From: Bacillus subtilis subsp. subtilis str. 168
Lineage (GTDB): Bacteria > Bacillota > Bacilli > Bacillales > Bacillaceae
NCBI RefSeq assembly: GCF_000009045.1
Contig: NC_000964.3
Coordinates: 3,720,001-3,752,000 of the forward strand
DNA: 32,000 nucleotides
Direction: 5' to 3'
A program made the translations under genes and the position numbers. Positions 15,463-23,268 of the stretch are shown one piece after another (position 1 is the stretch's first letter; every line of letters begins with the position of its first letter). The notes beneath the pieces were generated by a model, which was not told where the DNA came from, did not search any database, and saw only the letters and a list, made by a program, of their open reading frames with translations.

Positions 15463-18217
15463 AGAAATTCTCATCCACGTCGAACAAATGGAAGATGGGT
15501 CATTTACGCTCTCAGCCTTTGATGAGAATGAGCAGCCTCTTCCCTACAGCCATATGAAAAAGCATTTGTTCCAATGGCATGAATCCTCATTTTACGGAAC
15601 CTTTCTAGAGGATGTCAGCTTCATCGGGACGACTGCTGTCCTTCTATCTCCATGGATGACTGTAGAGCTTCTCGGCAAAAACTCGTTCAACTCATTCAGC
15701 TCCGTGCAGCTTACAGAAGAAACGGAGCCGCTGATCGAGGCGGCATCGACCATCTATGAATTTATCGCGGACGGCGATTTTATGCCTGACTATGACGCAT
15801 GGACAAACGGTGTTTTTCGCTGGAAGGACCGCGATAATATACTGGAAGGCTTTACTGCGGAATGGTTTTCCGCTGCCGTACAGGATTACATCCAGTACGA
15901 CGATGACCTGCGGGAGAAATGGGAACATATCAAGGAAAAATCGCCTGCGGTTACGACATTCCGTGGCCATTTTCTTGATGAAGAGGATTTTCTGGAAGGC
16001 ATTGGCTGGATTGACGATCAATCTCCATTTACTGTCGGCTTGCGCTTAAATGAACCGGACTTTGACGGAGACGAATGGAAGATCGAGATGTTTTTACGCG
16101 ATAAAAAGAGCGGTGCTGTAGAATTCTTTGACGGACTGAAGAGCCTCAAAAAATCGTGGCAGGCGTACAGCGATAAAATCGCGCGTGAGCAGGACCGCTT
16201 TCACAGAACGGTTCCGTGGCTGTCGTTTGATTCCGGGACAACGCTGATCTCGGAGGAAGAAGCCTGGATCTTCCTGTCAGAAGCAAGTGAGACGCTTGTC
16301 GATATGGGGGTAGAAATCCTCCTGCCGTCCTGGTGGCAGATTGTCAGAGACAGCAACATGATGCTGAAAGCAAAGGTGTCTTCCTCCCCGCGCGGCGAGT
16401 CATTTGTCGGCATGAATGCACTGCTTGATTTCAACTGGCGGTTTGCGACAAATGGAATTGAACTGACTGAGGCTGAATTTAATGAGCTTGTCGCCAGCAA
16501 CAGGCGCCTTGTTAATATCCGCGGGCAATGGGTTAAAATCGATCCGCAGTTTATCAAACAGATGAAACGCCTGATGGAAAAAGCAGAATCAGAGGGACTC
16601 CACATGTCTGATATTCTGGCGCGGGAGCTAATGGATCAGCAGGATGGCGGACTTGAGGATTCGGACCTGATTGATACATCTGCTTTTGCCGGCATTCAGT
16701 TTGATCTGTCTAAACAGCTCAGGTCACTGATTCGAAAGCTCACTGCCGCGGAAAACCTGCCGGAGCACAAAGTCAGTCCTTCTTTCAAAGGAACGCTCCG
16801 CCCTTATCAGAAATACGGCATGAACTGGCTGCTGTTTCTGCGGGAAAGCGGTTTTGGCGCCTGTCTGGCTGACGATATGGGGCTTGGGAAAACGATTCAA
16901 ATGATCGCCTATTTCCTTCACGTGAAGGAAAGCGGCCGACAAAAAACGCCTCATTTGATTATTGCGCCGACATCCGTACTTGGCAACTGGCAGCGGGAGC
17001 TTCAAACCTTTGCCCCTGATCTGTCTGTCGCGCTCCATTATGGGCCGCGCCGGCCAAAGGGTGATGATTTCGCCGCGCATTATGAAAACGCAGACGTGGT
17101 GCTCACTTCATACGGTCTGTCACATGCCGATACTGAAGAGCTTTCTTCTGTGACATGGAACACGATCTGCCTTGATGAAGCGCAAAATATTAAAAACGCG
17201 CATACGAAGCAATCACGCGCAATCAGGAAGCTGAAGGGGCTTCACCATATCGCGCTGAGCGGCACGCCGATGGAAAACCGACTGACTGAGCTGTGGTCTA
17301 TTTTTGACTTCATGAATAAAGGCTACCTCGGCAGTTTGACCGGCTTCCATAAACGCTATGTGCTGCCGATCGAAAAAGACCGGGACGAAAAGAGAATCGG
17401 ACAGCTTCAGCAATTAATCCGGCCATTCCTTCTCCGCCGGACGAAACGGGATGAAGAGGTCGCGCTTAATCTTCCTGAGAAGCTGGAAGAAAAAGAATTT
17501 ATCCCTCTGTCAGCCGAGCAGGCATCCCTTTATGAGCAGCTCGTCAAAGACACTTTTGACCATATGACATCCCTGACCGGCATGCAGCGAAAAGCGCTGA
17601 TCCTCAGCATGCTTGGACGGCTCAAGCAAATATGCGATCATCCCGCGCTTTATTTAAAGGAAGAGCAAACCGAGCTGCTGGCCGGCAGATCAGTCAAGCT
17701 CGAAAAATTGCTGGAACTGATGACAGCGATCCGCGCCCAAAACGAAAGCTGCCTGATTTTCACGCAATACATTCAGATGGGGAACATGATGAAGCGGCTG
17801 CTTGAAAAAACGTTCGGGGAACCTGTGCAATTTTTAAATGGGAGTCTCTCCAAGCAAGAGCGGGATACACTCGTTGAGAAATTTCAAAGGAAAGAATATC
17901 CGACACTGATTCTTTCACTCAAAGCTGGAGGCACCGGACTTAATTTGACCGCCGCCAATCACGTCATCCATTATGACAGATGGTGGAACCCGGCGGTTGA
18001 AAATCAAGCGACTGACCGTGCATACCGCATAGGCCAGGAGCGCTTTGTCCACGTTCATAAAATGATTACGACAGGAACAATCGAAGAAAAAATTGATGTC
18101 ATGCTTGAATCCAAGCAAACCCTGAACGATCAAATTATCCAAAGTGAAAACTGGATTACCGAGCTTTCCACACAGGAGCTCGAAGAATTGTTTACATTAA
18201 GCGCTACAGCGCAATAA
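15449..18217 (+). CDS. ywqA: SNF2-family DNA-dependent ATPase/translocase with a long N-terminal accessory region (922 aa)
   Basis: Motif I DDMGLGKT (about 16870-16894), motif II DEAQ (17171-17185), SNF2 C-terminal helicase motifs (GGTGLNLT, QATDRAYRIGQ). ATG 15449 follows AAAGGAAAG and overlaps the ywqB 3' end by 14 nt. Confidence 0.92.
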   Translation: MASLKEILIHVEQMEDGSFTLSAFDENEQPLPYSHMKKHLFQWHESSFYGTFLEDVSFIGTTAVLLSPWMTVELLGKNSFNSFSSVQLTEETEPLIEAASTIYEFIADGDFMPDYDAWTNGVFRWKDRDNILEGFTAEWFSAAVQDYIQYDDDLREKWEHIKEKSPAVTTFRGHFLDEEDFLEGIGWIDDQSPFTVGLRLNEPDFDGDEWKIEMFLRDKKSGAVEFFDGLKSLKKSWQAYSDKIAREQDRFHRTVPWLSFDSGTTLISEEEAWIFLSEASETLVDMGVEILLPSWWQIVRDSNMMLKAKVSSSPRGESFVGMNALLDFNWRFATNGIELTEAEFNELVASNRRLVNIRGQWVKIDPQFIKQMKRLMEKAESEGLHMSDILARELMDQQDGGLEDSDLIDTSAFAGIQFDLSKQLRSLIRKLTAAENLPEHKVSPSFKGTLRPYQKYGMNWLLFLRESGFGACLADDMGLGKTIQMIAYFLHVKESGRQKTPHLIIAPTSVLGNWQRELQTFAPDLSVALHYGPRRPKGDDFAAHYENADVVLTSYGLSHADTEELSSVTWNTICLDEAQNIKNAHTKQSRAIRKLKGLHHIALSGTPMENRLTELWSIFDFMNKGYLGSLTGFHKRYVLPIEKDRDEKRIGQLQQLIRPFLLRRTKRDEEVALNLPEKLEEKEFIPLSAEQASLYEQLVKDTFDHMTSLTGMQRKALILSMLGRLKQICDHPALYLKEEQTELLAGRSVKLEKLLELMTAIRAQNESCLIFTQYIQMGNMMKRLLEKTFGEPVQFLNGSLSKQERDTLVEKFQRKEYPTLILSLKAGGTGLNLTAANHVIHYDRWWNPAVENQATDRAYRIGQERFVHVHKMITTGTIEEKIDVMLESKQTLNDQIIQSENWITELSTQELEELFTLSATAQ

Positions 18218-18225
18218 TCATGACT

Positions 18226-18259
18226 AAAAAAGCTGGCTCTAAAAGAGCCAGCTTTTTTC
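18226..18259. terminator. bidirectional intrinsic terminator for ywqA (+) and glcR-ywpJ (-)
   Basis: AAAAA-AGCTGGCTC-TAAAA-GAGCCAGCT-TTTTTT, a 9-bp perfect stem. Confidence 0.85.
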
Positions 18260-18342
18260 CGTTCATAGCCGTCACGCCGAATTTCCAAAAAATCCGTTAC
18301 GCCGGTTATCAACAGGGTGCGCTTTTGTGGCAGCACATATAC

Positions 18343-19200
18343 TTACAACAAATGTTTCATCATATGTGCGACACCGTGTTCGTCATTGGTTAAGGTGACA
18401 GCATCGGCTATCGATTTGATGTCTTCCCGGGCATTGCCCATCGCTACACCTTTTCCCGCAGCCTCCAGCATCGATTTGTCATTTAAACTGTCACCTACAG
18501 CAGCAGTTTCCTCGAGCGGAATATTCAGCTGTTTTGCAAGCCTCTTCAGCGCCTGCCCCTTGGAAGCTTTGCGGGAAGAAAGCTCAAAGTTGTGCTCAGC
18601 CGAACTGACAAGCGTCAAATCTTCGGCATGCTCATATCTTTTCCAGCCTGCCTCAAGCTTTTCTTTGAAGAAAGAAAAGCCGAGAATATTGTAAAAATCG
18701 ATTGGCTCATCGGCTTCAAACAGCTCTTGAAAGGAGTTAATGTAAGCAAAGCCCGATTGGCTGTATTGCACCTCGGCCGCCTGCTTAAGGACAGAAAGAT
18801 CCGCTTCCGGATTTGCGCTTCTGAATCTGTCGAGCTCAACATCAAGAAGTTCTCTGCCGTTTTGCGGCGTATAAATCGCTGAACCTGTGAATACCTCATA
18901 ATAATAGTTTTCCGACTCAAGCCATGAGAGAATGTCATACGCCCGTTTCTTATCAATCGTTTCGTGATGATAAAGCCTGCCCTCGGGATCGTGAATGACG
19001 GCGCCGTTTGCACTGATGACCCATGTTTTGATCCCCAGCGGTTCAAAGATTGACATGACGTCAAAATGAGCGCGCCCAGTTGACACCACCACTTCAATGC
19101 CGTCCCGCTGCGCCTGCCGCAGTGCGTTTTCATTTTCCAAGCTTACCTGATGCTTGCTGTTGAGTAAGGTTCCATCTAAGTCAATCGCAATTAATTTCAC
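18343..19200 (-). CDS. ywpJ: HAD-superfamily Cof-type sugar-phosphate phosphatase
   Basis: MKLIAIDLDGTLL (DxD motif), STGR and GDSLND motifs. GTG start 5 nt after the glcR stop. Confidence 0.9.
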   Translation of the reverse strand: MKLIAIDLDGTLLNSKHQVSLENENALRQAQRDGIEVVVSTGRAHFDVMSIFEPLGIKTWVISANGAVIHDPEGRLYHHETIDKKRAYDILSWLESENYYYEVFTGSAIYTPQNGRELLDVELDRFRSANPEADLSVLKQAAEVQYSQSGFAYINSFQELFEADEPIDFYNILGFSFFKEKLEAGWKRYEHAEDLTLVSSAEHNFELSSRKASKGQALKRLAKQLNIPLEETAAVGDSLNDKSMLEAAGKGVAMGNAREDIKSIADAVTLTNDEHGVAHMMKHLL

Positions 19201-19205
19201 GTTTG

Positions 19206-19982
19206 TCAGTCCTTTCCTTCATCCTGCTCTGTCACGAGAAGCTCAACGCCGTTTCGGTCAAGCAAGTCACAAAATGCCTGATTCGGCAGCCTGTCTGTAA
19301 TCAAGAGGTCGATTTCATTCAGCTCCGCATACTGATAAAAACTGGTGCTGCCCAGCTTAGAATGGTCTGCAAGCGCAATTACCTGCTTTGCCTGCTGTAT
19401 CATTTTCCGCTTCACCATGCCATCCTCTTCATGCGCAATTGTAATGCCATGTTCGGAAATGCCGACCACACCAATCAGCGCTTTATCAACATGGTAGCTT
19501 GAGAGCTTTTCAATCACAGAGGACCCGTACAGAAAGCGGTGCTCCTTTTCCAGCTTGCCTCCCAGCAGATAAATTTCAATTCCCTCTTTATCGGACAGCA
19601 CATCCGCAAGATTAATCGAATTGGTGATTACGGTACAATCAACCGCATTCAAATGCTTTGCACATGCCTGAACAGTTGTAGAGGCGTCTAAAATCACCCG
19701 GTCTCCATCATGAATAAGCGATGCTGCAAGCCTGCCGATCTTATTTTTTTCCTCAGACACTGTTTTCAGGCGGCCGGAATAGCTTTGAATTTTCTGATGC
19801 ACAGTCGGTAAAATGGCGCCGCCTCTTGTGCGGATGATGGCATTCTGTTCCTCAAGTTTCACAAGATCTCGTCGCGCTGTATCCCTTGACACTTGCAGGA
19901 GCGTACAGATCTGCTCCGTTGTAATTCGGTTATGCTGTTTTAAAAAATCCAAAATCGCTACTAATCTTTCTTCTTGGTACAC
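19206..19982 (-). CDS. glcR: DeoR-family transcriptional regulator (258 aa, GTG start)
   Basis: N-terminal DeoR HTH (ERLVAILDFLKQHNRITTEQICTLLQVSRDTARRDL) plus a sugar-binding DeoR C-terminal domain. GTG 19982 follows GGAATGAGGG. Confidence 0.88.
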   Translation of the reverse strand: MYQEERLVAILDFLKQHNRITTEQICTLLQVSRDTARRDLVKLEEQNAIIRTRGGAILPTVHQKIQSYSGRLKTVSEEKNKIGRLAASLIHDGDRVILDASTTVQACAKHLNAVDCTVITNSINLADVLSDKEGIEIYLLGGKLEKEHRFLYGSSVIEKLSSYHVDKALIGVVGISEHGITIAHEEDGMVKRKMIQQAKQVIALADHSKLGSTSFYQYAELNEIDLLITDRLPNQAFCDLLDRNGVELLVTEQDEGKD

Positions 19983-20018
19983 GCCCTCATTCCTTTTCTC
20001 AGCAATCATTTATAAGTA

Positions 20019-20047
20019 ATTATAAGTTTTTATTTGATTTTATTCAA
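20019..20047 (-). promoter_or_regulatory. sigma-A promoter of glcR-ywpJ: TTGAAT, 17 bp, TATAAT
   Basis: The -35 is at 20042-20047 and the -10 at 20019-20024, with an exact 17-bp spacer, about 37 nt upstream of the glcR start. Confidence 0.6.
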
Positions 20048-20104
20048 CATTAATAAGTGATTTTAAGTAAAAATGCGTCGAGAGAACCAATTTTTCCTAA
20101 GTAG

Positions 20105-20137
20105 GCAAAAAGAAAGAACCAGTCTGGTCGACTGGTC
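20105..20137 (-). terminator. intrinsic terminator of ssbB
   Basis: Minus strand: ACCAGTC-GACCA-GACTGGT followed by TCTTTCTTTTTG. Confidence 0.6.
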
Positions 20138-20205
20138 AATTTTGAGGGGATGATGCGAAGATCCGGATAATAGTGAATGGATAGATAACGGGAGGAGCAG
20201 GGGTG

Positions 20206-20547
20206 TCAATCAGCAGCTTTTTCCCGGGGTTTAGGGTCCATAAAACGAACAGTGTCAGCCAACACTTCTGTTACATACACGTTAACGCCTTCCTCGTTTT
20301 CATAGCTTCTTGTCTGAATCCGTCCGCTTACGCCGACGAGAGAACCTTTTTGGCAATACAACGCCGTGTTTTCAGCTGTTTTTCTCCAAAGTGTGCAATT
20401 GACGTAATCAGCTTCGATTTCACCTGAAGCATTCTTGAAGCTGCGGTTCACCGCGAGCGTAACATGTGCAACTGCCGCACCGGCGGAAGTGTAGCGAAGA
20501 TCAGGATCTTTTGTAAGACGTCCGACAAGCATGACCTGATTGAACAT
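20206..20547 (-). CDS. ssbB: single-stranded DNA-binding protein, competence paralog (113 aa, no acidic C-terminal tail)
   Basis: OB-fold SSB sequence [34 protein letters not shown]. Confidence 0.92.
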   Translation of the reverse strand: MFNQVMLVGRLTKDPDLRYTSAGAAVAHVTLAVNRSFKNASGEIEADYVNCTLWRKTAENTALYCQKGSLVGVSGRIQTRSYENEEGVNVYVTEVLADTVRFMDPKPREKAAD

Positions 20548-20623
20548 GCGATTCCTCCTCTCCTTGCGGTTGTATGTATTGTAAATGATGCAACAAGAAA
20601 AGAAAAACGCTTAAAAATGGCTT

Positions 20624-21007
20624 TCAGCCTCTGTTTTTATCTTTCGTTTTCATTTTTCCTTCAGCTAAAAACATCTTTTGCTTTTTTCCTTTGAAGAAAT
20701 ATGTACTTTTTAAAAAACGGAAAAAGATTTGCTTTGTCAGCCAGTTTTGCGTATTCATGCGCACATAGGAAGAGCCATCCCACGCAAACCACTGAAAGCT
20801 CAATTTTTTTTCCGGCATTGACAGCTTGATTTTATACTGCTCCATGCCATCTTGTGTTTCGTATAAAAAACTTATTCTTCCTTTTTTGTTCAGATGAACC
20901 TCAAACACTTCTTTACGGCTTAACATATATGTTACTTCCTTTTGAATCAAATGACTTTCAGAAGGAACGCCGTCAATATAAATTTCTTTTAAACGAAATT
21001 GATTCAT
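20624..21007 (-). CDS. ywpG: conserved protein of unknown function (127 aa)
   Basis: SD GGAGAG, lysine-rich C-terminus, synteny with ssbB and ywpF. Confidence 0.8.
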   Translation of the reverse strand: MNQFRLKEIYIDGVPSESHLIQKEVTYMLSRKEVFEVHLNKKGRISFLYETQDGMEQYKIKLSMPEKKLSFQWFAWDGSSYVRMNTQNWLTKQIFFRFLKSTYFFKGKKQKMFLAEGKMKTKDKNRG

Positions 21008-21131
21008 ACCACATCTCTCCGTAATCCATAGTCAGTTACAGTATAATGAAAAAATAGAAATTATTAAATGTTTCGCTCATACAAAATTCTTTAGCCCCAA
21101 CATTGCAGGATTTTTTCCTCGAAAACGTTTA

Positions 21132-21140
21132 TGTTATAAT
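21132..21140 (+). promoter_or_regulatory. extended -10 (TGtTATAAT) of the candidate ywpF promoter
   Basis: Read directly, 42 nt upstream of the ywpF ATG. Weak -35. Confidence 0.4.
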
Positions 21141-21181
21141 GGAAGGCAAGAAAACTTTGGAAGTAATCGGGGTGAGAAGAA

Positions 21182-21592
21182 ATGAAAACCTTTAAACTGG
21201 TTGACCTGAATGTGGAACGAGTGGACAAGGAAGAACAATCAATTGAACAGTTTCCCCTTATTGACGGACTGATTATAAATAAAGAAGACGGTGAAAATCA
21301 CTGGCTGATTGAGGCGCTTGTACAGAAAGAACATCTGTCTTTTTTTGAACAGCTTCAAAACAGCCAATCTGAAGCCAAAGTATTTGTAACGATCACGAAA
21401 AAAAGCAATCGCCCCGCCCAGCTGACAGCAGCAGTGAAAAATATCGTCAAGCTGGAAGAAAGCATTCAGGTTTTACTCTACGGACAAATGGTCACAAGAA
21501 AACAGCAGGGCACTGAAACCATTCTCGAGTCCCTTGTAAAAGAGGGCTATACAGGAACAAAACTCATTGAGGCATTTAAGCAAAAATTATAA
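21182..21592 (+). CDS. ywpF: YwpF-family protein of unknown function (136 aa)
   Basis: SD GGGGTGAG. Sequence and synteny fit. Confidence 0.85.
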   Translation: MKTFKLVDLNVERVDKEEQSIEQFPLIDGLIINKEDGENHWLIEALVQKEHLSFFEQLQNSQSEAKVFVTITKKSNRPAQLTAAVKNIVKLEESIQVLLYGQMVTRKQQGTETILESLVKEGYTGTKLIEAFKQKL

Positions 21593-21674
21593 ATATGAGG
21601 GGGCATGTTCCCCAAAACAGACTCAGAACCGAAGAGCATCACAATAGACATTTAGAATAGATATGTTCTGCATG

Positions 21675-21710
21675 AAAAAAGCTGCCGTTTTGAACGGCAG
21701 CTTTTCTCTT
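21675..21710. terminator. bidirectional intrinsic terminator for ywpF (+) and ywpE (-)
   Basis: AAAAAA-GCTGCCGTT-TTG-AACGGCAGC-TTTTCTCTT. Confidence 0.8.
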
Positions 21711-21731
21711 CGTGCTTTCACTCTTGCATAT

Positions 21732-22040
21732 TTAATTTGTATGGCCAAAAGAATCAACCAATTCCCCTTTCACAACGAGGCGCCCTTCGGTTTTGACCGC
21801 CTTGTCACATGTGATTAACGTAATCTCCTTTTTGTTTGTCTCCTCAACTACATCTGCATCCATTTCCGATATGATGTCTTTCGATGTTACAGAATAGATA
21901 TAATCCTTTTTAAAATCCGTGATGACAATTTGGGCACCTGTTTTTATGTTTTCCAGAGGTCCGAACAGAAGATTCTTTTGCTTCAAATGATGGCCCGCCA
22001 ACGGATAATTTCCCTCACCCATTTTTTGATCCCGGCGCAT
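21732..22040 (-). CDS. ywpE: sortase catalytic-core fragment lacking the N-terminal membrane anchor and first beta-strands (102 aa from ATG 22040); probably a gene remnant
   Basis: Catalytic His (YPLAGHH), Cys (ITLITCD) and Arg (EGRLVVKG) are present. Sortase-like sequence (ITIKSVDLELPIVKGTTNENLLIGAAT) continues in frame upstream to about 22130 without a usable start. The in-frame stop is at 22158-22160. Confidence 0.75.
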   Translation of the reverse strand: MRRDQKMGEGNYPLAGHHLKQKNLLFGPLENIKTGAQIVITDFKKDYIYSVTSKDIISEMDADVVEETNKKEITLITCDKAVKTEGRLVVKGELVDSFGHTN

Positions 22041-22110
22041 TGTTGCCGCCCCTATCAAAAGATTTTCATTGGTTGTGCCTTTTACGATCGGAAGCTCCAG
22101 ATCGACACTT

Positions 22111-22350
22111 TTAATTGTTATCCGCCGCCTTGATTGTGAAGTAAAAATAAGTATATTTCACGTGCTTTCGACGTTCTCCACTTGACTGGAATGCTTTAAT
22201 GGCGATCCCGGCATCTGTAGCTTCAGGCTTTCCTTCAGAGGAATCAGAAATCTCAAACTCTATTTTCTCAGTGTTCAGCACATAACCGGCTGGCGCTTTC
22301 GTTTCAACAAAAGCGTATTGTCCCGGTGCAAGGCCTGAAGCTGTGACTTG
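22111..22350 (-). pseudogene. 3' remnant of a Cna-B-repeat (collagen-adhesin/pilin-type) cell-wall surface protein gene
   Basis: Minus-strand translation QVTASGLAPGQYAFVETKAPAGYVLNTEKIEFEISDSSEGKPEATDAG carries the classic G-x-Y-x-x-x-E-x-x-AP-x-GY Cna-B motif. There is no start, signal peptide or intact LPXTG. The upstream part of track ORF 22111..22620 is only antisense to ywpD. Confidence 0.65.
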
Positions 22351-23220
22351 ATGATGCCGGATATGACTGGTTTCGAAGTCTGTATGAAAATTCGCGAACG
22401 ATTCAGCATGGTTGATCTTCCGGTTCTGATCATTACAGCTGCCATTATCGGCCATGACAAATACAAGGCTTTTCATGCCGGAGCGAATGACATTTTGCAA
22501 AAACCCTATCATTACTCTGAATTTATGGCGCGTATTCAAAACCTGATAATGATGAAACATACAGCAAATCAAGCCACAAGAATGGAAATGGCGTTTCTCC
22601 AGTCGCAAATCAAGCCTCATTTTCTTTATAATGTATTAAACACGATTATTTCTCTCACTCATTTGGATATTGAAAAGGCCCGGGAGGTAACAGAGGAATT
22701 TACCAACTATTTAAGAATGAGTTTTGACTTTCAAAATACATCAGCCATCAGTTCCTTCAGACATGAGCTTTCGATTATCAATTCCTATCTTTCTATAGAA
22801 AAGACGCGATTCAGTAATCGGCTTGAGGTTCTTTTCGATATAGATGAAGACATTGACTTTATCCTTCCGCCTTTAATGATTCAGCCCTTGGTGGAAAATG
22901 CCGTTCTTCACGGTGTCAGCAAGAAAAGAGGCGGAGGATGGATCAAACTGACAGCTAAAAAACAAAGCAAAAATGAGTATCACATCAAAGTAGAGGATAA
23001 CGGTCCCGGGATAACTCCGGAAAAACAAATAGATCTCTTATCAACGGATTTTGATCGCAGCGTCGGATTGAAAAATATCAATCAGCGGCTGAAACATTTT
23101 TGCGGAAGCGAGTTGATGATCAGCAGCACTCCGGATGCAGGCACCTCTGTCTCAATGCTCATTCATCTCGCTGAAACAACAGGAAGCCCTAAAGAACTGA
23201 AGGACACAGAACGAACCTAA
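22348..23220 (+). CDS. ywpD: soluble LytS/YesM-type histidine kinase core (His_kinase + HATPase) preceded by a 5'-truncated receiver domain; start codon uncertain (TTG 22348, ATG 22351 or ATG 22384)
   Basis: Receiver C-terminal two-thirds (MMPDMTGFEVC, LPVLIITA, GANDILQKP), then KPHFLYNVLNTI (H-box), QPLVENAVLHG (N-box), VEDNGPGI and GLKNINQRL. There is no SD and no TM segments. Confidence 0.8.
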   Translation: MMMPDMTGFEVCMKIRERFSMVDLPVLIITAAIIGHDKYKAFHAGANDILQKPYHYSEFMARIQNLIMMKHTANQATRMEMAFLQSQIKPHFLYNVLNTIISLTHLDIEKAREVTEEFTNYLRMSFDFQNTSAISSFRHELSIINSYLSIEKTRFSNRLEVLFDIDEDIDFILPPLMIQPLVENAVLHGVSKKRGGGWIKLTAKKQSKNEYHIKVEDNGPGITPEKQIDLLSTDFDRSVGLKNINQRLKHFCGSELMISSTPDAGTSVSMLIHLAETTGSPKELKDTERT

Positions 23221-23234
23221 ACGAAAATTGAGAT

Positions 23235-23268
23235 AAAAAAAGACGCCGTTTCTAACGGCATCTTTTTT
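23235..23268. terminator. bidirectional intrinsic terminator for ywpD (+) and mscL (-)
   Basis: AAAAAAA-GACGCCGTT-TCT-AACGGCATC-TTTTTT, with one wobble position in the stem. Confidence 0.8.

Noticed and set aside
20203-20427. Plus-strand 74-aa ORF with an apparently good SD (GGGAGGAG) and GTG start, antisense to ssbB.
   Set aside because: It is entirely antisense to the strongly supported ssbB OB-fold gene, and its translation is hydrophobic and low-complexity. The SD-like string is probably coincidental, or part of the ssbB 3' UTR.
20548-20640. ComK boxes (AAAA-N5-TTTT pairs) upstream of ssbB.
   Set aside because: Only degenerate half-sites (AAAG-N5-TTT) could be aligned. I could not place two properly spaced boxes by eye, so no feature was called.
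22111-22230. Search for an LPXTG/LPDTA-type sorting signal at the end of the Cna-B remnant; FQSSGERRKH looked faintly like LPxTGE followed by a basic tail.
   Set aside because: There is no Leu-Pro, no Thr and no hydrophobic segment in any of the three frames I translated. The resemblance is too weak to claim.
22111-22620. 169-aa minus-strand ORF from the track, considered as an intact gene.
   Set aside because: Only its last ~80 codons (22111-22350) look like real protein, namely the Cna-B motif. The N-terminal 90 codons are antisense to the well-supported ywpD kinase frame and have no SD. It is therefore treated as a pseudogene remnant.
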